Shown piece by piece: positions 54,290 to 64,000 of a stretch of 64,000 nt of DNA. The DNA is taken from NCBI GenBank assembly GCA_964019335.1, contig OZ025738.1, forward strand, positions 62,001 through 126,000, read 5' to 3'. Below the pieces are notes generated by a model that did no database searches, had not been told where the DNA came from, and worked only from the letters and a program-made list of their open reading frames with translations. This DNA comes from Diplonema japonicum. Its lineage: Eukaryota; Protista; Euglenozoa: Diplonemea. A program made the position numbers and the translations under genes. Numbering within the stretch: the first letter of the stretch is position 1; the number at the start of each line of letters is the position of its first letter.

Positions 54290-56591
54290 TCAGTTGAACT
54301 CGTCAGGGTCATGTTCGATTGGTAGGATGGGGGTCATAGTGTTAGCTATGGCCATGTGCACGTCAGGTGTGGCCGCACATGTCGGTGTGCCGCCGGGCAG
54401 GTATATCGGTGTCATCGAACCCGTTGCACTCGTGGGGACAAGGGCACCCGAATGTGCCTTCTTGCTGGTCGTCGTGTCGTCGCATTTCCTCTTCTTGTCC
54501 GTGCGCTTCGCAGTCTGGATGTCCTGCTGGATAGACTGGACAGTCTTAACCAGCTCGGACACCGCCACAGCCACCGCATCCAACCTCTCGAGACGTGTTG
54601 TTACCATCTCCATCTGCCTGCCGAGAGCTTGCATGTTCTGCTCCATCGACTTCACTAGCGAGATGGTCGCGGCAGCCTTCCTCTCCATGTCCACCACTCT
54701 CGCTTCCATCGCTTTCCTCTCCTGCTCGTGCTCCAGCTCTTTCTTCCGCGCCCACTCCTCGAAAGCGTCGACAGACGCCATCGTTTTCGTAGCAGGTGCT
54801 GGCGCGTTCGGTGGGGGTAGAGCCTCGGCTACCGGCGTTGAGTGCGTCGCAGGTGTTGACGCAGCGTGGTGTGTTGACGCCTGCGTGTCCGACACTGGCG
54901 CAGGTGTAGGCGCGGATGATGGGTTCGCCTGCCCGGCTTGTCTGCCCCATATGGCGTTCGGCGGCAATGTGAATACGGCCTTATTACTGTCACTCGCGCC
55001 CTTCTTGTTCTTCTTCTTCTTCTGCAGGTCACCCTCCAGCGGCTGGATGGTCCAACGCGTGCCCTGGACATTCAGAACCAGACCTCTCGGTTTCGAGCAC
55101 GAAGTCACGGCCCAGGACTGTTTTTCGCCAAACCTATGCCTTCCTCACCGTGACCGGCCATCCCGACCGTTTCAAGCGGTCTTCCAGCTCGAGGCCGTTC
55201 ATCGAAGAGGGCACCCCTTGTACCTCATAGTGCTCGCCGTCGAGCAGTGTCGCTGCTGTCGCTGTCACCTTCAGATCGGCATGTCGGTCTTTGAGCACCC
55301 GCCTTGCTGTGTCAAGCTCGGCTTTCGGTACCCTTACCCCGTAGACGACGGACTTGCCCGACTTCTTGAAGGTCAGTCCCCATCCGCACACTTCACGCCT
55401 GAACAGCAGTGCCGCTTTCAGTGCCGTGCCCTCCAGCCACAAAACCGGCAGGAGATCGCGTGCTTCCCACGGTTGGCGCACAAACACGCCGTCCTCGCCA
55501 CTGCGCATGAGGATCGACTGGACATCGGTCTTCATCACCGTGATTGGGACCTCGAAAACGCCGTCCCGCTTCCTGCCTCTCTTGGTGAGGTACCGCCCTG
55601 CTCTCTCCCTCAGCCATGTCAATACTCTCGACCTGGCCTTCTCGGCGTCCAGCGATGTTTGAGTAACCAGATAGAGTTCCGAGGTGCAGGTCTCCGGCTC
55701 CTCCAGCTCCTCCTCTTCCTCCATCTCCTCCTTGTTTGCGTCCGGCATCGCAGGGTGACCATTGCGGGCAGTAGTGACCGTTGCAGCCGGCGCGCCCCTT
55801 AGCCACTCCGCTGCCAACCGTTCAGAGCCTTGCGGGACAAGGTACACCGCCCGCTCCGGCTGTGTCTCCGCCCCTTCCCACTCCCGCACGTGCACGGGCC
55901 ACTCGTCCTCGGCAAGGCATGCGATGATGGCCTTGCGTGCCGGCTTGCCCTGCTCCTTCTTCTTCCCGTCCTTCGCGCCCTCGCTGCGGATGGGGAGTGG
56001 GATCCTCACCGGCGGCACATACGCTGTAGTGGTAGGCATCTTCGAGTCCTCCCCTTTCACCGCGCAGACGTAGTGGCCCTCCACATAGCCCAGCCATAGC
56101 GTGGCCGTGTCTGGTACCTCATTCCTACTCCCCGGCTCGAAGCAGCTCAGGGTGAGGATGTCATCCCTTACAGCAAAGACACAGATCCTGCGTCCCATCA
56201 CCACGGACATCGTGCTGACCGTCAGCCTGTCCGCCCACGTTCCCGAAAGAGCTACCAGCCTCTGGTACTCCTTCCACGCCGCAGCCTTCTCCCCTTCCTC
56301 CACCATCATGAAGGAGGAGTAGTCCTTCCCCGCCAGATGAGAGGCCACCACCTCCCGCAGCGCCCCCGCCTCGTCCCTCGCGCCGTGCACCGCGTACGAC
56401 ACCGCTTCGAAGAAGCACTCTCCCTGCCTTCTTCCGGTGTCTATCACCTTCCAACCCTCCAGCCTATTGGCCAGATCCTGCACCGCTTCCCTCGTCTTCG
56501 GCCTGGTGGATTCGCCGGACTTCCCCTTATGAGAGGAAGCCCGCCCAGGAACCGCCGTCGTGGAGGCTCCACCTCGGCCTTGCGGTGGCAT
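54290..56591 (-). CDS. LINE A ORF1 with OTU cysteine protease domain, split by a frameshift near 55139
   Basis: GECFFEAVS...W...GHY. The 485-aa and 272-aa ORFs align as one protein with LINE B ORF1 across W..G..W. Confidence 0.8.
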
Positions 56592-56632
56592 TTTTGTCGT
56601 CGTGACTTTTGATTATCCGAACCCAGTGTTCC

Positions 56633-56665
56633 CTGGTAAAGAAAAAGAAAAAGAGAAAACCTTAA
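56633..56665 (-). promoter_or_regulatory. Candidate trans-splice acceptor for LINE A ORF1
   Basis: Polypyrimidine tract ending ...ctttttctttacCAG about 41 nt upstream of the ATG at 56591. Confidence 0.45.
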
Positions 56666-56799
56666 TTAATTTCCAGCACCCGCTATGATACTCCTTACTG
56701 AAGTGGGCCCCCAACATCGGAAAAAAAAAAAAAAAAAAAAAAAAATGGGGCTTTGGTTGCAACACTATTTGGCGTTAAGTGTGCAGCGTGGTGGGGGGT

Positions 56800-59700
56800 C
56801 TATCTTGTGTTGTTACCCTTCTGCGTCGCTGCATTTTTATCGGCAGATGGGGTGGGGATACTTCGGGTAGGTTCGAGGTAGGTCGGCACGAACTTGTCGC
56901 TCCAGTCGTCTCTCCCCGGTGAACCGGTTGCGAGTCGCTGTTCGAGGATGAAGCGCACCTTGTCGTACGATGCGAATGTGGGTCTGCAGGTATACCCTCG
57001 GATCCGTTTGTTTGCACCAATGGATCGGAGGGAGGATGTCAAGAAAGGTTTCCCGGGGATAGGAGGGGGTCGTGCTTTCTTTTCGGCCACCTCTGACAGT
57101 TTTGTCAGAACTTTAGCTAGCCGGTTTGCACGCTTACGTACGTCAGCCGTATCTTCCAAGATGAGCTGTTTGGTCGTGGCCTCAAAGTCGAGTGCGAGCT
57201 CTATCCTTGAGACTGAACCATGTGGGCTCCACTGCAGCATGCGAAGCCATTTGAGCACTTCTGGGACAATCGTATCCCCTTGGAAGTGTTTCAGTCCGTT
57301 GTTCTTGTACCAATCCAGGCTTGGCACCGAGCACCCTCTTCCAACCAGCGGTCTGTTCCAAGGGAACCTTTCTACCGCGGCCTTCTTCGTTTCCTGCTTC
57401 GCGCTCACTCTCCTGATGATCGCAAGCAGCATCTGTTGTATTACCTCTGGCCGTTCCGTCTTACATTCCAGAGGGATGATGCCGTGTAGTGCAAGGCAGC
57501 GTGTGATCCCCTCTTGCCTGTATGCATGCATTGCAGGGGCGAACTCAGGTGCACCGCGTACCTCTTCGTGTGCCTTGCATTTCCAGAACGTGTGTATGGT
57601 GTACTCGTCTTGCGTGGTGAAGAGCGCCTCACACCCAATACATTGTACCTCTGGTTCGACGATCGGGTAGCTGCGGAACATGGCACCCGTGATCATCCTC
57701 AAGCCAAGTCGTTCCTCTTGCACGGACCTGGCACTCTTCCACACCTCGTTAGTGCGGACTTCGTCAATTGCGCGGCCGACACCAATAAAGGAGGGTCTGC
57801 CTTTGGCAACTGCGTTCCTTCTGATCGCTTTCGTCACTCGCCGTATCTCATGACCTCTGGCAGCTTTATGCACGCCCAAGAGGGCCCTGGCCCAAGGCCA
57901 TCCGAGCTTGGCTGGTTCCAGAAGACGCAGGAGTGTTCCTATGGGACCAGCGGACCTCATATTCTTCGTGTACTTCTTCCGGATCTTTCTTGCACGCTTT
58001 CGTATTCTTCGATTTTCCGCTAGCCTCAGGACGGTGCCCGCCGTCTTGTAGGCAAAGGCAGCAAGAGGGTCGTGTGTGTGGCCCGGTAGTGCGATGTTCA
58101 AGAGCGCGCCCGATGAGCGCGTGGTGTTGTACGGACCCCACAGACAATCTGTTATAGCGATCCTAAGGGCGTCGATCTTCGCGTTTGACGGTGGGGCATA
58201 TGGCGCACCGTATAAGGCAGCGGGTAGAATAGATTGGCTCACGATGAGGGCTTTCTTTGTAAAGGGTAGTTGTAACGCGGCCAGTCTCTTGGCTGTCTCG
58301 ACCGCTTTCTCCACCCTCTTGTTGTCAGCCCTACCTTTCCTTTCCATTGACAGAGTGACTCCAAGGATCTTCACCTTCTTCTTCGTAGCAAACGTAAATC
58401 CACCCTGTCGTAGAGTTGACGTATACTTCTTCACGGTGCTGAAAGCAAGCGTCTTCTCGTGGTTCAGAGCCATCCCTGTGATTTTACAGAACTCGGATAC
58501 TCTATCAACAGCTCGCTGTACGTGTCGTTCTGACTTCCTGCTGTACATCGTCACATCATCGGCGTATGAGGTAGTTTTTGCCTTCGTCAAGTGTCCGATT
58601 TCTTTGACCATGATCGACAGCAGTGCGTTGATCAGAACGGCCGACAGCGGGCACCCCTGGAGGATTCCATTGTCCACGTGTAGCACCTCGCCTACCCCAA
58701 GCGGTAGTTTTAGTCGGCGTTGCAGATTCTCATACACGTATCGCATCGGACGGGTGATGGATACGCTCAGGCCAAGGTCCTCTACTAACGAAAGGGCAAT
58801 CTCCTGCGGAACTCGATCAAAGCACTTTTGGAAGTCCAGCGCTAAGCCATACAGTGGCCTCCCACCTAGGAGTGCATCCTCTACCATTGTCGATATGTCC
58901 ATGAGGACATGGTCAGCTCCGTGTTTGGGCCTGAAGCCGTGCATGGTGGGATCGATCCATTTCTCCTGCCATTCGAGAACATGTTTGAGTCGGACACAGG
59001 CCCACAGGCGGTAAATCACACTGGTGACGGTGATCGGTCGATGGTCAAGCGGTTGGCCTGTACCATTTTTCGGGAGCATCGAGATCAACGCAGTCATCAC
59101 AGTGTCGGGCCAACGACCCTGTAGCTCAATAGCATTGAAAAGGTCCGCGAATGAGCCAAGAACATCGTCCGGCAGACAATGGAGCTCAGCAAAGCGCCAC
59201 CCGTCAACAGCACACGCAGTCTTCTTCTTCGTTCTCGCGAGGACTACGCGCAAGTCCTGCACCGTAATCAGAGGACATGTCATTTCGGTGCGTTTGATGA
59301 ACTGTCCGTAGGTCGCTTTGAATTTCTTGTACGACGGCTTGGTCTCTCCGTTTCCGAAGAGGCAGAAAACTTTCGCCCAATGCTGCTCCAAGGTCCTCAA
59401 CATTTCGACTGCGTTAGCGGTGATCTGCCCACTGTCGCGCCGTACGGTTTGCGTGGTCTTCGTTTCTTGTTCCACCGTACCATCCTTTAAAAATGCCGTC
59501 ACACGTTTACGGTCCGTGCCAAACTCTTCCGCAGTCCACCTCGCGTACTCCTTGTTCCGGTGTCTCTTGTTGCGGCTGATTATCTCAGCGTTCGACTTCG
59601 CAGCCCTACCCCTAAGCTCAGCCATCGCCGTGTAAATCTCGTCGTTACAAGACCAATCTTGGGGGTCGGGTCTCTCAGTCCATAGCTTCAGACGCACTGC

Positions 59701-61176
59701 AGTGGTGTACACGTTACGTATCTGTGCCCTCATCTCGTGCGACATGCATCCTATCGCGGGTGTTTCTTCCATTCGTCGGATCAATGATTTAATCTTCCGC
59801 TTAAGGATCGCGACTTGGTTCTCTTTGCAGGTCGCTGCCCCACACCCTTCATGATTCGACGGTGCGGAAATCTCCCGAAGCACCGGTTGCCGCAAGTCTC
59901 CTCGCCCCCGCTGTGTGAGATCGGCTCCTAGGAGGTCCTCAACAGCGACGGCTAGGTATCGAATGGCCGAGTTCAGGTTAGTCAGCAGGGTAGTGTTGAA
60001 GATTCTGCGGTCGAACAAGCCAGGCGTTCCCGTGATGACGGTGTTCGGACATTTGAGCTGTCTGGGTACCTTGTACATGGGTACAAGTTGCCGCATGGCT
60101 GGTAACTTCAGCGTCACAGTTAGCGCTCGATGCGACGGCACGCCTATGTCTTCAGTAACACAGGACACAAGCGCTGCAGCAGCTATGGGGTTCATCAGGA
60201 TGTAGTCGGGTCTTGTGGCTGCAACGGCAGTAACGTAGGTGGGGCTTGGGTCCCTCCCTTGATGTTTTGCAAACATCGCGGATGCGTCCACCCAGTGCGT
60301 GTTAAGCGCATGTTGCAATGTAGGAGATGCATCGATTGTAGTGTTCATATCTCCAACTACAATGATCGGGACCTGGCCTAGCGATATCCGCAATCGGTTT
60401 AGGATATTGCAAAGTAAGGTTTCGCGAGCAGCGACTCCAGCCTTCGACTTATCAACATCGGCGTACAGGTTAACTACGTGTAACCACCTGTTGCCTTCAC
60501 CCATCGCGTACATTACATGTTGGAATCTCGTCTGCTGTCCAACATCCGGGAGGACATGCTGTTCTATGCAGGTGCCGGGAATACGGTATAATGTGGCGAC
60601 GCCTCCCCTCTCCGCTAAGGTTGGGGATTCAACACCGTCCAGCATCAGTCCACGTTGCGGTTTCCCAAATATGACACGCCTCTGCGTCATACCCGGATCC
60701 CCCTTCATTGTTGTAGCCACTTGGAATTGTGTCGTAGCCGTCAGCGCCGTCTCCTGAACACACAGGATATTGGCTGTTACCTTCTTGAGGATGTGGAATG
60801 TGTTGTTCCACGAAGTAACGTTAACCGATGTTATCGTCACTGTGTCGCACGTTTTCGCATCACCTATCGATGTCAAGGGCGGACGCGGAACACTACCTTT
60901 CGTGCCTTGAGGTTCTCCCGCTGGAACGTAGAAGTCCTTCCATAATCCTGTCGTCTTCACCTTGAGGGATATCTTCTTGCATGGCGGGCCAGGGTTGGGG
61001 TGCACATCACCATCAGCTAACAGCCTGAGGAGTGCCTCCATCGCGATGTTTGAATATGCATGTTTTTGGTTGCATATTCGGGGAAGGGAGAAGTAGGGGC
61101 TCATGCTAAACACTGAAGGGGGGTAGCAGAGCAGGGGAACACTGATTGGGAGGAAGATCATGATACGGGTCCTCAT
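56800..61176 (-). CDS. LINE B ORF2: 2A-like peptide, AP endonuclease, RT, zinc finger
   Basis: ATG overlaps the ORF1 stop (ATGA, 61176-61173). LLADGDVHPNPGP; VQET, GDMN, RPDY; DFQKCFD, QGCPLS, YADD; CIGC..H..WKC. Confidence 0.9.
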   Translation of the reverse strand: MRTRIMIFLPISVPLLCYPPSVFSMSPYFSLPRICNQKHAYSNIAMEALLRLLADGDVHPNPGPPCKKISLKVKTTGLWKDFYVPAGEPQGTKGSVPRPPLTSIGDAKTCDTVTITSVNVTSWNNTFHILKKVTANILCVQETALTATTQFQVATTMKGDPGMTQRRVIFGKPQRGLMLDGVESPTLAERGGVATLYRIPGTCIEQHVLPDVGQQTRFQHVMYAMGEGNRWLHVVNLYADVDKSKAGVAARETLLCNILNRLRISLGQVPIIVVGDMNTTIDASPTLQHALNTHWVDASAMFAKHQGRDPSPTYVTAVAATRPDYILMNPIAAAALVSCVTEDIGVPSHRALTVTLKLPAMRQLVPMYKVPRQLKCPNTVITGTPGLFDRRIFNTTLLTNLNSAIRYLAVAVEDLLGADLTQRGRGDLRQPVLREISAPSNHEGCGAATCKENQVAILKRKIKSLIRRMEETPAIGCMSHEMRAQIRNVYTTAVRLKLWTERPDPQDWSCNDEIYTAMAELRGRAAKSNAEIISRNKRHRNKEYARWTAEEFGTDRKRVTAFLKDGTVEQETKTTQTVRRDSGQITANAVEMLRTLEQHWAKVFCLFGNGETKPSYKKFKATYGQFIKRTEMTCPLITVQDLRVVLARTKKKTACAVDGWRFAELHCLPDDVLGSFADLFNAIELQGRWPDTVMTALISMLPKNGTGQPLDHRPITVTSVIYRLWACVRLKHVLEWQEKWIDPTMHGFRPKHGADHVLMDISTMVEDALLGGRPLYGLALDFQKCFDRVPQEIALSLVEDLGLSVSITRPMRYVYENLQRRLKLPLGVGEVLHVDNGILQGCPLSAVLINALLSIMVKEIGHLTKAKTTSYADDVTMYSRKSERHVQRAVDRVSEFCKITGMALNHEKTLAFSTVKKYTSTLRQGGFTFATKKKVKILGVTLSMERKGRADNKRVEKAVETAKRLAALQLPFTKKALIVSQSILPAALYGAPYAPPSNAKIDALRIAITDCLWGPYNTTRSSGALLNIALPGHTHDPLAAFAYKTAGTVLRLAENRRIRKRARKIRKKYTKNMRSAGPIGTLLRLLEPAKLGWPWARALLGVHKAARGHEIRRVTKAIRRNAVAKGRPSFIGVGRAIDEVRTNEVWKSARSVQEERLGLRMITGAMFRSYPIVEPEVQCIGCEALFTTQDEYTIHTFWKCKAHEEVRGAPEFAPAMHAYRQEGITRCLALHGIIPLECKTERPEVIQQMLLAIIRRVSAKQETKKAAVERFPWNRPLVGRGCSVPSLDWYKNNGLKHFQGDTIVPEVLKWLRMLQWSPHGSVSRIELALDFEATTKQLILEDTADVRKRANRLAKVLTKLSEVAEKKARPPPIPGKPFLTSSLRSIGANKRIRGYTCRPTFASYDKVRFILEQRLATGSPGRDDWSDKFVPTYLEPTRSIPTPSADKNAATQKGNNTR

Positions 61177-63296
61177 CTTTGGCGATGTGTGCTCTTCCCT
61201 GTTGCACACTTCTGATGTTGTTGTTTTTGTTGATGTTGTTGTAGAAGTTGTTGAGTTGCGCCTAGCTGTTGCACCATAGGCGCCATTGCCTGCGCGATCA
61301 ACCTTTGTACCACATCGGTAGCTCCAAGCGGGTCTTGGGTGGGCGGGGTCGGTTCTGGTTTCTTGGTAGCGGTAACCTGCTGTACGGCCTGCTGCAGTTG
61401 CTGGATCTGTTGGACGATGGGTTTCAGTGCCTCTGCGATGATGCCGTTCACCATGTCCGCCCAGTTCGGTGGTGTAGGCTGCGGGGACGACAACGAAGGT
61501 TGTTGGGGTTTCCAGGCGCTCGTCGTGCCACCTTGGAACGTCACAGTCCCGCCGATCCCTACACCTTCCTTCTTCGCCTTCGGGTTTTTCGCCTTTGGGT
61601 TTTTCGCCTTCGGGTCTCTCGCATTCGGGTTCTTCGCCTTCGCCCCAGCCGTCTTTTTCGGTCTTTGGTTTACCACAGTCTTCGATGTCACGTCGCCCTT
61701 CTCCGCGTCGGTCTCCTCCATCTTGGCGTCCACTCGGCGCTCGTTCTTCTTCCTTAGCAGTCCGATCCCACCGAACAGCGGCACCTCGAACCCGGGTGGC
61801 TCCTTCTGTGCTAGCAGCATCCACCTTTTGGTCGACCCTCTTAGGGATGACCGAGTCACCTCGACCGTCCACCCCCATGCAGCCAACATCATCTTGAGCT
61901 CTGTTGGTCTCATGTCGCGTGGCACCTTCTCCAGATACCAAGCCTCCGTCTGCGGTGTCGCTAGACCCTTGGCTTCGAGGTTCTTCCGGAGTTCGTTCTC
62001 CGCTGTACCCGGCGCCACACGAATACCAACCCGCTGTCGCTGGTCCACCGCAACCCCAGCGTATTGCTGGTACTTCTGTGCCACCGAGACGGCCATCTCG
62101 AGTGTCATACCCTTCTTCAGCCACACCACGCTGTCAGAGGTCTCATCCATCGGCAGCCTTGCGGTGATCCCGTCCTTGCCACTCCTACCTAGTAGCTCCG
62201 GTGCTCTGTTGGATGCCACACAGACCGTGGTCTTCGCGCACTCCGGGTATACCCTCGGCCTGGAGAGGTCGAAGTCCTTACCTCCAACCCAGGTGGTGAA
62301 CATTTTGTTGGCCTCATCCAACGAGGACTTCTTGTGTAGCGTGAGATGCACCAGCGTCGTGCACTTCTTCTTGATGGTTTCCGCCTGTCTTGCCATGGGG
62401 GCGAGATCGGACCAACCCATATGTGACATCCAAACTGTCAGTGATGTCGTGCCGGAGCGGTCTGGAAGGTCAAACGCGACTTGTTGCTTCTTGCCAGGGA
62501 TCGCTGGTAGCGGTTGGCGGGAGATGAGAGTGAGGTGCTCCGGTTTGTGGTGCGACAGGTGCCATTCGCACGCTGCCATGTCTTCCTGCTCGACTAGCAT
62601 GACACCACAGCAGTTTTCCGTCACACCGATGATGTCTGTAATGATCGGGAATGTCCAATCCAATTCGCGCAGCTTCAAGTTCGCAAATGTTTTCGGTGGG
62701 AGGGGTTCCTTCCCGGCGATCATCTCCGGGAGGGATGCGGTCTCCGGCCGTACCAGGACTGGGTTGGTCGTCAACAGGCCGTCCGGGCCGTCCGCGTCTT
62801 CCTTCTTCAGGGCGTAGTATTCACCCCCGATCTCAGCCAGCCAGCCGACTGGCACCCCCTGCGCGTGGCCAATCATCTGTGTAGTGATGACCTCCCCGTC
62901 CGTCTTGACGAGCCCAATGGGCGCGCCAATGCGCTCCGCGTAAGCGAGGATGGCGACTTCGTCGCCCCTTGCATTCCACTTCCTCAGGCTCGCGACGTAG
63001 TCGTCGAGCCTGACGGCAAGGAACCTCGCGTACAGCTCCTTGTTCGACTCCATCACCGACGCAACCAACTCGCGGATCGTCGCTTCGGCGCTTACCTCTC
63101 CGTGTCTGATAAAGGAGAGACAGCGAAATAGTTGTCCTCCTTGGTTACCGCATGAACGCAGGCGGAAACCGTAGCTCCTCACCTGCCCGTCGTACCACTT
63201 ACGCACCTGATGTGCCCACCCCTTCTCGCTCGTCTCTTCGCGGCCGAAGCCCCCGGGCGGCGCCTCCGAGGAGGCGGACGAGCCGGGTTTTGTCAT
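61173..63296 (-). CDS. LINE B ORF1 with an inactive-looking OTU domain
   Basis: GGQLFRCLS...IRELVA...Y...GDEVAILA...GEYY. Basic KNPKA repeats and a Q-rich coiled C-terminus. Confidence 0.85.
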   Translation of the reverse strand: MTKPGSSASSEAPPGGFGREETSEKGWAHQVRKWYDGQVRSYGFRLRSCGNQGGQLFRCLSFIRHGEVSAEATIRELVASVMESNKELYARFLAVRLDDYVASLRKWNARGDEVAILAYAERIGAPIGLVKTDGEVITTQMIGHAQGVPVGWLAEIGGEYYALKKEDADGPDGLLTTNPVLVRPETASLPEMIAGKEPLPPKTFANLKLRELDWTFPIITDIIGVTENCCGVMLVEQEDMAACEWHLSHHKPEHLTLISRQPLPAIPGKKQQVAFDLPDRSGTTSLTVWMSHMGWSDLAPMARQAETIKKKCTTLVHLTLHKKSSLDEANKMFTTWVGGKDFDLSRPRVYPECAKTTVCVASNRAPELLGRSGKDGITARLPMDETSDSVVWLKKGMTLEMAVSVAQKYQQYAGVAVDQRQRVGIRVAPGTAENELRKNLEAKGLATPQTEAWYLEKVPRDMRPTELKMMLAAWGWTVEVTRSSLRGSTKRWMLLAQKEPPGFEVPLFGGIGLLRKKNERRVDAKMEETDAEKGDVTSKTVVNQRPKKTAGAKAKNPNARDPKAKNPKAKNPKAKKEGVGIGGTVTFQGGTTSAWKPQQPSLSSPQPTPPNWADMVNGIIAEALKPIVQQIQQLQQAVQQVTATKKPEPTPPTQDPLGATDVVQRLIAQAMAPMVQQLGATQQLLQQHQQKQQHQKCATGKSTHRQR

Positions 63297-63498
63297 TTTG
63301 AATGATTTGATAGTTTACCCAGTAACCCCCCCGAAAAAAAAAACGGGGCAAAAAGATCATCCTTTTTCCTTTCTTTTTTCCTCTTTTTTGTTTAACCTCA
63401 CGCCAGTTTGCAGCGAGGAGAAAGAAAAAAAAAAAAAAAAGAAAATCGGATTTTTTACGTCATCCCCCCCCCTCTTATCTTTTTTTTTCTTCCGTCGC

Positions 63499-63954
63499 TC
63501 AACACACCACACAGACGGCACACTGCACATCGCAACCAGGGTCACTATCTATCGGGAGGGAAAGGCACTCTAGCTCGAGATCGTTGGGGATGTTGTGCTT
63601 TATGCACACCGAGTCGAGGAGGGTTCGGAGGGCAGGCAGGTGCTTGGTCAAAGTTGCGTCCTCCCTCAAGGGCAGGGCTACAGTGAGGTGAACCCCCTCA
63701 AAGAGGAGAATACACTCACTTGAAGTTGCCTGAAACCGTGCGCCCGTGATCTTGTGCATCATCAGAGAGCCGTTGCAGGTCAGTCTGGCTGCTCCACTGG
63801 CGTCCTTCCCAAACACAACCCACCCTGCCCCCGCAGGCCTTGGGTCGAGAAATCTCACAACCGGTTCTGAAAAACCATCGTTATCACCGGTCCTTGCTTC
63901 TTGCGTGTTCTGTTCCTTGAGCCACGCCATGCATGGCCCTGGACAGGCGGCCAT
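63499..63954 (-). CDS. Hypothetical protein ending in a CaaX-like motif (CVVC)
   Basis: GC-rich ORF between A/T-rich flanks, co-oriented with the other genes. No family recognised. Confidence 0.55.
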   Translation of the reverse strand: MAACPGPCMAWLKEQNTQEARTGDNDGFSEPVVRFLDPRPAGAGWVVFGKDASGAARLTCNGSLMMHKITGARFQATSSECILLFEGVHLTVALPLREDATLTKHLPALRTLLDSVCIKHNIPNDLELECLSLPIDSDPGCDVQCAVCVVC

Positions 63955-64000
63955 CTTCACCCATCCAGTGGTGTCCTGAATTTTCTTTTTTTTTCTTGTA

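Larger units (their letters stand above)
50111..56635 (-). mobile_element. LINE A: near full-length APE-type non-LTR retrotransposon
   Basis: ORF1 (OTU) plus ORF2 (APE, RT, zinc finger). The 3' end is defined by relic copies at ~41605 and ~366. The 5' boundary is approximate. Confidence 0.92.
56746..63333 (-). mobile_element. LINE B: apparently intact APE-type non-LTR retrotransposon
   Basis: Uninterrupted ORF1 and ORF2, bounded by T-runs on the sense strand. Boundaries are approximate. Confidence 0.92.

Noticed and set aside
55106-55145. Programmed frameshift within LINE A ORF1
   Set aside because: No slippery heptamer. Alignment with LINE B ORF1 fits a 2-nt deletion (mutation or assembly error).
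53868-55802. 644-aa plus-strand ORF, and other long antisense ORFs such as 61339-62817 and 24-632
   Set aside because: Antisense shadows of GC-rich minus-strand coding sequence with no recognisable motifs.
61177-62124. N-terminal ~316 aa of the 1774-aa ORF as real ORF2 sequence
   Set aside because: It overlaps ORF1 in another frame and has no domain signal. The ATG at the ATGA overlap is a better start.
56720-63350. gcccc(a/g)T-run at both ends of LINE B as a target-site duplication
   Set aside because: gccccat also ends the relic at 32289, so it belongs to the element. Homopolymers make a TSD unprovable.
1-64000. tRNA, rRNA, spliced-leader RNA genes or HDV-like ribozymes
   Set aside because: None recognised by eye. 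A covariance-model search would be needed to exclude them.

Overview
Eukaryotic DNA, most consistent with a euglenozoan, probably a diplonemid. This is inferred from three things: every host gene and LINE lies on the minus strand as in a polycistronic unit, intergenic DNA is rich in A/T homopolymers, and a few short GT-AG cis-introns are present. The first ~32 kb looks like an innate-immunity locus. It holds three paralogous giant NLR-like proteins (helical N-terminus, NACHT-like domain with degenerate Walker A/B, pentapeptide stretch, beta-propeller-like C-terminus; one has an added NF-X1-like Cys/His-rich module). Between two of them is an R-S-E ADP-ribosyltransferase fused to 25 near-identical 102-bp ankyrin repeats with variable surface positions. 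The middle has a Plg-RKT/DUF2368 gene, a divergent PP1, three amastin/claudin-like copies, a ferric reductase/NOX-like gene, a receptor cyclase-like gene and a zinc-knuckle-TatD. From ~50.1 to 63.3 kb are two different near full-length APE-RT LINEs head-to-tail, each with an OTU domain in ORF1 (one intact, one lacking the catalytic residues). They show different ORF1/ORF2 junctions: an in-frame UGA in one, an AUGA overlap plus 2A-like peptide in the other. There is also a TTAA-flanked piggyBac remnant whose empty site is visible in the paralogous copy, a Helitron fragment and many LINE 3'-end relics. All domain calls come from motif recognition by eye; no searches were run.
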